Below, one piece after another: positions 53,363 to 64,000 of a stretch of 64,000 nt of DNA. This stretch comes from Auanema rhodensis. Its lineage: Eukaryota > Animalia > Nematoda. The notes under the pieces are model-generated. The model was not told where the DNA came from. It made no database searches and saw only the letters and a program-made list of their open reading frames with translations. The stretch lies in NCBI GenBank assembly GCA_964057225.1, contig OZ059895.1, positions 6,386,001-6,450,000 on the forward strand, given 5' to 3'. Numbering within the stretch: the first letter of the stretch is position 1; the number at the start of each line of letters is the position of its first letter. The position numbers and the translations under genes were made by a program.

Positions 53363-55371
53363 TTCAATATATTTCATTTGAAACATACATGTTACAAAGA
53401 ATTATAATCCTAAAAATATTGAAAGAAAGTAAATAATTCAATATTCGAACAGAAAAATCGGATATATTCGTTTAGAAGGAAAAACTAAAGAAAACAAGAA
53501 AAATAAGATTAAGGCCCAGCAGACCTTTGGAACAGTTAAGTGAGTATATGAGCCAGTAAGAAAGTCAAATTCAATATTTTTCTCATTTAGACTTCTATTA
53601 TATGGACGAGTTCGTTCAACAAGTAAGTTTTGAGTTTCAAAATTTGTAAATTTCAAGTCTTTTGTCCAAAAAAAAACTTTTTGTTATATTAAATTTGAAA
53701 ATAGACTTATAGTTATTTAAAGTTCAAATGTTTTGATAATAATAACATGAAAAAAAGGTATGAAATATCAATTTTAAAGTAATTGAATTGAATAATTATA
53801 ATAATATAATTCATAGTAAACTGAATTTGTGAACAATCTAATAAGTAATAATTAAAGTTTTAAGTACTCATATGTGTATATGTAAATGAAATGAGAATAT
53901 TCATAGTTCTGAATAACTATAAAAGGCCAAGAAAACATCTATTGGAATACAAAAAAAATGGAAAAACATAGGAATAATCACATCTTATCCTATACTATAC
54001 TATGTTCAAACGAAGTTATTCATAAAAAGTTTTAAAGTGTATCATGCTTTCCCATCAATTCTTCAGCAGTATGAAATATGATGAGATATGTTTATAAACC
54101 ACTGAAAATCTGTATATAATAGAAAAAATAAGATATTGTAGTTTTATTTACTATGAGATGTTCTTTCCTTTTTTTTTTTTTTTTGTTAAAAATTTTAAAA
54201 AATTCAAGAAAATATATTTGAAAATGAGAACTTTTATTTCTCCATACATTGCCTATTTACATACACAACAGGAACAACACATGCAAAAATCCTAATAACA
54301 GCCTAAAAAACTTTAATGAAAGACATAAGGGAATGAAAGAGAAAAAGAAACGAAGCTGAAACAGATGTGTATGTGTATGTATGTGTGTGTGTGTGTGCTT
54401 CATAGAAGATGAAACTGCGAAAACTCAAACTATAGCCGATGTCTATGGTGTAGCTTTTATAGATTTGAATAAAACAACATATACAAGATGTACATCGTTT
54501 AGTAATCACAGTATCTTCTCTCTTTGTTTTCAGCTGTTTTTGTTTTCTTTTTGAACTTTCAATTAGACAGCAACACACTAAGTGATATGAGATCTGTAGA
54601 AGTGGCTGAGATGTCATCACACTCGAGTCGACTACAAGCAATCATAGAAAAAGAAGAGACAAAACATTAAAAAAGTTGGATATCAACACATGAAAGAACT
54701 TGAAGATGTTGCAAAAAAAGCTGGCGATGTTGGGATTATAGAATAAGGCGTCACAGGAGCAGGAGCGAGATCCGAAACTATCGTGGCAATCGCTGAGTAT
54801 AATCACTCGAAGATGTAATGGATCAGGAATCGCACGAAACACGAAAAAAAAACAAAATTGATTGAAAAAGCCTATCACCGAGGTGAGTAAAGAAACTATA
54901 AGAAATATCAATTTGATATGAACAAAGTTGGTGCCAGCATTTCAAAGTTGGAAAGGGGGTGGGAATATATTTAAGGCAGCAGAGAGCGAACAGAAAGGTT
55001 ATTGGCTTATGAAGGACAAACCTAACTATATGTATAATATTATGAATATAGTTCTATTCAATTCAATAAGTTAATTCATAATAATAATAATAATAATAAT
55101 AATAATATAGGAAATCGAGTTAATGCTTATGATTATTGGCCGTCGAATAATTCCGAAAAAATTGTATTTGTCTCGGAAAACACGCCAATGATACATCTGC
55201 TACATTAATGATTCCTGATATGAATCTATATCATGATTGTACATAAGTATTAGAAAATCCATATGGATTAGATACTTAATAAGGTTTTTCTTTGTAAAAT
55301 AGAAAATACTGAGCAGATAATGAGTTTTGTACATATCGTATGATATCAGCAAGTGTCATCAATCTGATATT

Positions 55372-55655
55372 CTAACTAGCTAATAGAAGCTCTGCACGAG
55401 CTTTACAGAAGTTGCAGGTATAAGCACATTGAGCTTTCATGAAAGCAAATTGTTCCTCACATACTGCTGCATTACTCTTAAGCCAGAATCCGCATGAATA
55501 ACGCATATCACGACAGTCTGGATCGCGGAATGAGACTGGTTTAGTATTGGTATAGAAACGCTGAGTGGTGGAGCGTGAGGAATTAGGTGAAGATGAGACT
55601 GTAACATCAGAATCATGTAATGTAGAAACGAATGATGATGTTGCTATTGGTTCAG

Positions 55656-55689
<34 letters not shown>

Positions 55690-58600
55690 ACTCGTAATAG
55701 GAACTGAGGTAGTTGTACTGATGATAGGAGAATCATCTAGCATTGATAAACCAACAGTCTTTAAGAATATTAAAATTAATAATTTAAATCAGAATCAGAA
55801 TGTTTACCTTCATAGCAAATCGTTGGAAGTGTTTACTCTTCCATTTAGTTGTTCCCAATCTTGGTGATTCTGTAGTTGTAGGTACAGCAGTTGTAGTGGT
55901 TGTTGTTGTTGTTGTTGTTGTTGATGTAGGATTTAATACCAAATTAACATCTGTATTGAGTAATTTATAGTTTTTTTAAATATTATAAAGATGGCTTACC
56001 TTTACGTAGACGATCAAACTCATCCTCAGGTTTTTTAGCCAGTTCTTCACGAGCACGTTGCATAGCTAACATACGATCTAAATATATATATATTTAATAA
56101 ATAATTAATATAATTAATAAATATACAGAATTGTTTACGACGAAGATTTGGAGTTATACGTTGTAAAGGATCACGTCGAACATTATTTAAATCTAATACT
56201 GTATCAAATACTTCTTTGACACCTTCAAATGTTTCAACAGCTGTTGGTATTAATTCATTTTTATGAAGAATAAAACCATTAGATACTATAAATAATAAAA
56301 TTAATATATTAAATAATAATTTTTAAAATAACATACATTCCATTTCAGGTCGTAATTCAATTAGATATACGTATTTGATTCCCATTTCTGATTTAGCCCA
56401 ATCATCAGAGCCACCAGAAGCTGGAGCTGTAAAACATTGAATATAAATAAAATATTTTAGAATAACTATGCTATTTATTACATACCTAGTAAATCAGCTC
56501 CAGTTCCCATTCGATAATCAGTTCCATAAACTTGTTGAAGACGATCTATAGCTCGTCTAGCTGTTCTTCTCTAAAATAACAAAATATAAATAATAAAATA
56601 AGAAACTAATTATTAAATACAACTGGTATGCTAACTATAAAATTAAATAAATAATCTTAATTAACATATTGAATCAATCACGTGATATTTCACGTTTATA
56701 ATATCCAATTGATATTACACGTTAAATTTCACGTTCATTATATGTTATAGTTAAACGATACTTACTAAATCTCCAATATCTTCAGGATATGATTGTTCCG
56801 CATGAGAATATGGGTAAATCCATAGTTGAGCATATGAGTGAAGTGTGATAAAAGCATCAACCCGTCCATACATAGCAGGTGATGAGAGAAAATCATCTAC
56901 GGCTCTGAAAATAGAAAATATTTTTATATATTATATGATATAGATTACCTAGATTCAGGTTCACTAAATACATCTTCACCATGATATATGTTAGAGCAGG
57001 GTTCTGTTGATGATCCAGATTCTGATAAATGGAAAAATATAAAATATTTCAAATTTCTTATACATACCTGACCAATGGAAACGGAAATTACGATTCAAAT
57101 CAACTCCTTGACAACATTTTTCACCACCCCAAGGGCTTTTACGACACTTTTGAGGTGAACGGTTTTTGCGCCATAAACGAATCTAAATATGTTTTAATTA
57201 TTACAATATAATATAATATATGTTAAATATTTAAAAAGAAAAATAATAATAACATACACTTGGAATAGGAGATGAACGTGTATATTCATAACCATCTGGA
57301 TTTAAACATGGTACAATATAAAAATCCATATGATCTATATAATGAGTTGTTTGTTCATCTTTACCATATCCAGATACAAGCTATAATAATTAATATAATT
57401 AATATAATTAATATAATTATATAGTATATAGTATATACCTGATTCATTATAAATAATGCTGTATGACTGCTAGCCCATTCCCTTGCATGAATGTTACCAT
57501 CAATCCAGACAGCTCGTCGATTTGTAATTCCATTTACCTTATTACCAACCTAAGATTTTCAAATTTTATTAATAATAATATTATTAATATAATATACTAT
57601 ATGATATATATATTTTTTTATTTTGTTTTTACTTAATATTTCATATATCAAATATTATAATTTATATTATTTATAACTTATAATATTATATATAATAGTA
57701 TAGTTGTTAAACAATTACCTTTAGTCCTTCAATTGGTTTACCCTCATGTGTGGTTCCAATACGAATAATTTGAGTTATATTTGGATAATAGAATTCAATT
57801 GTACGCATAAACTTCATCATATCAGCATAAGAAGCATAGTCTCCAAATGGATATTTTGCTCGTTTTAACTGTCCAACACGAGATAAATCATGATCAGCTT
57901 AAAATAAAATAAATAAAATATTTTTTTATTTTCTTTATTTCAATTTTTAATGAATTTTCGATTTAAAAATCTTAAAAATCAGGTCTTTATCATATTGAAA
58001 TGTAAAAGATACATATATCATCATTTCTATTTTAATAAATTTTAAAAGAAAATGTTTTTCTTGTTAATCTTTTAATTATATCAATATTTATTACTATATT
58101 ATACTATTATATAATATAGTTAAAAAGTAATAAAAATAAGAATTTCATTATATTTTATAATCTTATAATTATTTTAATCTTCTTTCTATTTTTCAAATAA
58201 AACTATTTTTGAAAGAAGAAAAGTCATTAAACGTTTTATTTCTCAATTATTGTCTGAGAGTTGAAACATACTATGTAAATAGCACAAGATGCATGAATGT
58301 TATTACACACCTAATCCTACTACTTGGGTGGTCTTTGTTCAATTTTATTTTAAAACTTAAAACTTAAAACTTATGAATCAATACTTTTTTTCTGGTAATA
58401 TGTTCGTTATGGGTGGGATATGAATCCCTTGTTGCACTTGCATTAAATCATCAATGAAATCTATTTCGGTTTTACGTGAATTTTTCACGTAAAAACTGTA
58501 TTTATCACTTTTATGCAGAAGAGGATCGGTATTTTTCCCAAATCTACACCTCCTTACACTTTCTTTCTGTTCTTAGAAGAACCGATATTGGGTTATTCGA

Positions 58601-59575
58601 TTCAAAAAGATTGTTTAGAACCTTTTTCGACTGATTTTAAGAATTCTTTGATTGAAAAAAAAGCAGAAAGATGTTTCATAATTCAGAAATTATTGAAATG
58701 GTGTAGAAGGATAAGACAAAAATTGAAAGTAAGTGCAATTGAACCGCTCAAGGTGAAATTTTTGTTGAAATATGTCCGGATAAAAAAAAATGAAATGAAT
58801 GTCTTTTTGTCTGCAAAAGAGAAATATCATGAAAGTGAAGTTATGATTCGCTAAGATGACCAATTTTTGATATAAAATTAATTCTTACTATATAGATATA
58901 TGTATAGTTAAGATTAACTATGTCTAAACTTACGTTCACTATCAAGAATAGGATCATCTCGTCGCCAGTTACTGTCAGAAGAGACATGAGAGCGTGGTCC
59001 TTCATTACGTTGAATAAGTCTATAATGAAATTATAAAATAATTATAATTAACTATATATCTTTATTTACTTTTGAACATCAGGTACAGTTACTTCGAATG
59101 TACTATTATATTGATTAAGTAACTGTTCAACTAATGACTGGTGTTTACTTGAGATCATAACATCACTATAATCACCAATTCGACTAGATTCTTTCCAAAA
59201 GTCAACCTGAAATAAGAATAAGTTTATAACTAATTTAAAGCTTAAATCTAATTAATTCTATCTTTTTTCTTTTCTACAGATATGGAATTAAGAGATAGTT
59301 AATGATCACAAATGAGAAAGAGAAGAAGAAGCCGACATTCTTTGAATTTGCCGCTATATCTACATTCAAAGATATTGAATTTTATATTTATTTTCATCGA
59401 TATCTTCTTATTATATGAATAATATTAAAATTACCTTATATTTGTGATCCATAAGTTGAAGTTTGGATAAGAATTGCAAAGCTTCGGCATCATGTGGCAC
59501 TACCCGATAAAGTCGGAACTTCTCAGCCGACACGGTACCGAAGAAACAAAACAGTAATAAAGTTCGTATTAACAT
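55372..59575 (-). CDS. Secreted zinc carboxypeptidase (peptidase M14A, CPA/CPB family) with propeptide, Thr-rich linker and C-terminal ShKT domain; 15 exons, 681 aa
   Basis: Exons (minus): 59575-59435, 59206-59070, 59019-58934, 57897-57719, 57549-57439, 57380-57258, 57182-57068, 57021-56949, 56904-56766, 56570-56486, 56426-56337, 56285-56127, 56077-56000, 55950-55808, 55758-55372. Total 2046 nt, all GT-AG and in frame. It has a signal peptide (MLIRTLLLFCFFGTVSA) and a propeptide (YRVVP, VDFWKE, DVMI). Catalytic motifs: DGNIHAREW, NPDGYEY, WRKNR, GVDLNRNF, FSEPE, TLHSY, ASGGSDDW, IELRP. Six-Cys ShKT: CRDMRYSCGFWLKSNAAVCEEQFAFMKAQCAYTCNFC. Confidence 0.93.
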
Positions 59576-59595
59576 AACCACATTCACTAAAAATA
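59576..59595 (-). promoter_or_regulatory. Probable SL trans-splice acceptor (outron end) of the carboxypeptidase gene
   Basis: TTTTTAG|TGAATGTGGTTATG: an acceptor-like AG at 59588-59587, 11 nt upstream of the start ATG and preceded by a U-rich tract. This arrangement is typical of nematode trans-spliced genes. Confidence 0.55.
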
Positions 59596-62339
59596 AATAA
59601 ATAAAAAAGATAAACAAACATAACGTTTATAGAAGACAATAGTCAAAGAAATGATTTGAAAGCTATAACAACGTCGAATATAAAGAGTTTTTTGGCACAT
59701 TAGTCAGACTTTAAAAGCTTAAATACATCTCAAGGACAACAAAAAATAGAAGTTCTTTAATGAATTTAACAGCGAATAAGGACTATTCTTCTCATTCATT
59801 AAGCATCTAATCATATCTTATACGGCTTAACAACATAATGATTTATCTAATATAGATAGAAGATAAAAGAAATCAGAAGATTTATCAAATTAAGTTTTGA
59901 AGATTATCTGATTTGTTAGCTTAGAGTAAATCTTAAGAAGACAACAGCTTGACTGCTTTACATTGAAATGAAACGAAACCAATAATCAAACTATGCATAG
60001 AGGTGGAAGGCGGAGTCTTGTTTTTACGCTAAGACTTCATTGAACAGGTCTATTCAGGAAGTGCTAGCTGGCATTTTCCAATATATTTGAAGATGGGTAG
60101 GATAGGATTTTGAAAATAAGAAAAACATACAACATTTACGTAATGGCTTAAACGCAAAGATGAAGCTTTGAGATATCAAAAATAGTCCGGGCTTCGCCTA
60201 GGGGGTGTGGATGACACCAACGGCGGCATCTGAAAGTGCGCGGCGGACTCTGGGCCAGACTAACAGGACAGAGGATGGGCTATTCAGTCAACTTCAAATG
60301 GGATAGTCGTCAGAATAATGATGACGAAAAAGACAAGATAAACGAAACATGAGAACAAGGAGAAGAAGCTGATGTTGGAAGTAGAGATAAGGATAAAGAC
60401 GATTGCATCGACTGTTGCGACATCGGCTGAAGATGGCCAATACAAGAGAGGATATGATCATACCGTCCGGTGTCCATCCACTCATCTACATGCCGGCATT
60501 CAGCCACACAACAAAGTGAATTGTATGCTAATGACAAATGATCTTAAAGCCTGACTAGATCGGATAACAGCTTTGCACGAATGTATATAGGAATATAGAT
60601 GCTTATAAGGAAAACAAAAGATTTCAATCATGAGATAAGCCATTTCAGGCTACTGGCATGTCACATCATATAACCGTGCACGATGTCAGCTAATCGTTCA
60701 ATATCGCCATATGTAAAGAATAAGAAACGTAAGCAACACAGGTGTTGGATATTCACGGTCAAGTCAATGTGAAGACGTTCAATACGTCAGAACTAATGCT
60801 GGAATGTAAGACAAAAGGCTGTTTAGGCGACAAGCTGGAAGAGTAAACCGTTCATTACATGAGATAAGTATCAGACGGTTTTTCCATTTGAAAGCGTGAA
60901 AGCAAGGTAAATCCAGTAAGGCAATAGCAGATGTCATCTAGATTCAAACCGAAAGCTATTTGGAATGCCGTCGTGAAACGAACTAAGATTAGGTAGATAA
61001 AGAACTTTTTTAAAACTTTTCAAATAAAATTAAGAAAATTCTAAAAGAAAAACGAAAAAAGAAGACATCTATAGATTATATAATGAACACAATGGCTTGA
61101 AAAAGGAATAACATGAGCTAAGCAAATTTTTCAAATAAAAGAAAGAAAATTCAAAAGTAAGCTTAAAGGTATTCAAGCATTTTCAAACTTTTTTATTAAA
61201 AAAACATAAGAAAATGGACATATCTCTAAGAGAATTAAAAGAAGAAATTGAAGAAGATGAATGAAATTGTCGCTATTAACTATTACGATTATAGATGATA
61301 AATTTGAAAAAGTTGACAAATGCAAGAAAAAACGATAGGCTGTTAGTCAACGGCTATGCTTGGATATATAAAAAAAACTTAAAAGCTGAACAATTTGAAA
61401 AGAAAGAACTTTATCAACAACTTGACGAGATCAGGCTTAAGCTTATATAATATAACAATTTAGCGACAATGTTACGATGTTGGACGATTTTAATGATTAA
61501 CGACATGCAATATGTGAACATACATACGTTGACTAGTGTGAAAGTCAGGTACATCTATCCGTAGTTAGAGAAGATATAAAAATTTTTATAAAACGATTCT
61601 TGAAGACTTGATGACTGATAGCCAATATCATTGTTATCGTCATGAATATTGGCGTTATTCTTCATCTAACAGTTGCTAAAATAACTGTTAAAGATAGATG
61701 ATTGACAGATATATTATCATTTCAAGTTAAGATCATATGATATGATGTATACAGCTAACATTAAGCTTTATATAAATATCTTTTGAATATCATTGATATG
61801 TAAACCTATTTACAGTAATATCTTGATAATTGAAGAAGAACAACGAGAACAATGCTTGTGTGCATAACATCAAGAACATTCAATAACATCGATGTCCTAA
61901 TCTCGTTTTCGAACTCTTATTCTACCGATCTTAATCTTTGATGTTCTGAGCCAACTATATCATATGGTATTCGTGATGACGACAACATTCAAGCATTTCA
62001 GCTTCGATAGGAACCTGTTCAAATCATTTACATGAATACACTTAATGACCGATACATCTGATGATCACGTTGTGCCATATCCAAAATGTGAAAATCATCT
62101 CTCTCTGTTTAGACACCCACTCATTTACCCTTTTTCTCATTTATCATTTAGCCGTGAAATAGACGAATTTTCTATTTTTTCACGTTTACAGGACTTCTTA
62201 AGATATTATAACCACAGAGATAGGTGAAATAAAGATAAATGAGGCATTAGAGAGAGAGGGGAGAGTACACGAAAGTTTTCGACAAATTCGGAAAAAAATG
62301 AATGAAATTGAATAAATGTTTGAAAGTGCAAGTGATATA

Positions 62340-62354
62340 GAGAGAAAGATAGAG

Positions 62355-62412
<58 letters not shown>
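62340..62412. repeat. (GA)n microsatellite
   Basis: Seen directly in sequence. Confidence 0.9.
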
Positions 62413-62415
<3 letters not shown>

Positions 62416-63418
62416 GATCTTCACTTCTAGAGGTGCTATGAGAATGATAACAGTTTAAGCGCCAATTGGCGATTTGGCTCCAGACTGTCGCTTGTCCTCC
62501 ACAATTAGCGTTCTGACCGTCTTTAGTCAGTCAAGCAATGAACAAACCAACTGGACAACCAACCCTAGAGAACACTGGAACCTGTTCATAGTTTATCGAT
62601 AGCAGAAAAAGAAGCAAAAGATTAAGGAGAAAGCACGAATGTATGGGAAGTTCATTTCACTCCAATACGTAGAATAATTGATTTTCGTCTGCTGTTCATA
62701 TAATTTTATCGGAAGTGAGATAACAATAAAATGCTCCAGAAACAAACTTAAAACTTAGAAACTGTATTCAAAGACAAGATATGGATGAATGGCATATAAG
62801 CTGGTTGCCAAGACAAGTAAACAGAAAAAACTGAAAATCATTTGATACAGAAAGAAAGTTATTACGAAACATTAGGAACATTTTCGTCTTAAGTTTGGTG
62901 ATCCATGTATGGCCTTGCATTCCAAAGCACATGCCCTCAACACATCTCAAACATTAACTGTAAGAACTAGCTGAGGATAATCATCAGATCCCTGTGAAAG
63001 GAAGAGTGACAACCAGAAAAGTTGGTTCAAAGGGAAAATAGCGAGGAAAAAGGATAATTAGCGAAAAGTATGGAAATCCGTCACTGTCATCAACTCAACT
63101 TCAGCTTAAGCTGGTTCAAAAAAAAAGTTTTTCAAATAATAAGAAGAAAAACGATAAAACAGTGATGAGAGTGTCCAAAGCATATCCTCACGGCTACGGC
63201 GCCAAGATGCCTTCGATGAACAATCATGTTTTTACGCCATTTGAGGACAGCAAAACCAGAAGATAAAAGTGGCCACTTGGTGGTACACAATCTACTTGTG
63301 GATAGCTACACAGAACAAAATATTTTTTTTCTTTATGAGACAAAAAACATGGATAAGCAAGTGTGAAAAAGAGAGGAAGAAGGAAGAGAAATCAATCGAG
63401 CACATATAAAGAGAGAAT

Positions 63419-63423
<5 letters not shown>

Positions 63424-63464
<41 letters not shown>
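63424..63464. repeat. (GA)n microsatellite
   Basis: Seen directly in sequence. Confidence 0.9.
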
Positions 63465-63465
<1 letters not shown>

Positions 63466-64000
63466 TTGAAGAGTTCGTAGAAGAAAAGCAGCATAGGAAG
63501 ATATACAGTAAAGACAGCTGATGATGATGTTGATGAATACTACCAACTTAAGTGAGAAGTTCTGGTTATTCCTTATTGACTTGACACCCATTATTCTCAA
63601 ACAACAGATTAAGTTGTCATTCGAGTAAGTTACCATATTTAGAAAATAAATAATGCTTGATATGCTCATAAGGTTATAAAATAACAATAAAGCATAGGCA
63701 AGTTTTAAAATAACAAAAAAATCAATTAATATTTAATTAAAAACGCAAAAACAAGCTTGAAGTTTGATAAAATAATTTGTGAATATTAATTAGATTATAT
63801 AATAGAAAATTATAATATTATAGTTAAATATTGAATAAGAATGAAAGATAAATACTAATGTAAATACATTTTCAACACATAAATTACTCTATTTTCTTAT
63901 TTAATTTATTGAATTTTACTAAAACTTTACTTTTCTCAAACTTTTTTTTTCATTTTCTCCTCCATCTTATTGTCTTCATCAACTCTCACATATCGTATAT

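Noticed and set aside
55565-55867. Plus-strand 100-aa ORF with poly-Val
   Set aside because: It is the antisense shadow of the poly-Thr coding exons.
60552-60575. TGACTAGATC resembling the miR-279/miR-44 family 5' end
   Set aside because: No complementary arm nearby to form a pre-miRNA hairpin.
1-64000. Prokaryotic systems (CRISPR, operons, IS elements) or intact transposons
   Set aside because: The sequence is spliced nematode-type DNA, with no repeat-spacer array, transposase or reverse transcriptase ORF visible.

Overview
This is AT-rich, intron-containing eukaryotic DNA, almost certainly nematode (TTTCAG-type acceptors, many 45-120 nt introns, recognisable nematode proteins). Nearly all ORFs in the supplied track are microsatellite or low-complexity noise. 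I can reconstruct two protein-coding genes, both on the minus strand. (1) The 5' part of a natriuretic-peptide-receptor-type guanylyl cyclase (gcy-28-like) carries two alternative N-terminal ligand-binding modules. One has 7 exons (28391-26563) and the other is a single intronless coding exon (7307-6284). Both end at the same phase-1 donor, AACG|GTGCG, so they should splice to a shared exon that probably lies left of the window. The 7-exon module needs a non-canonical TTTCAT acceptor. (2) A complete 15-exon, 681-aa secreted M14A zinc carboxypeptidase with a Thr-rich stalk and C-terminal ShKT domain (59575-55372). The rest is intronic or intergenic, with many (GA)n/(TC)n tracts, a strong purine skew on the + strand, and several candidate structured elements and cryptic 5' exons. 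No tRNA, rRNA, CRISPR array or intact mobile element was recognised. Family assignments come from motif reading and memory, not from database searches.
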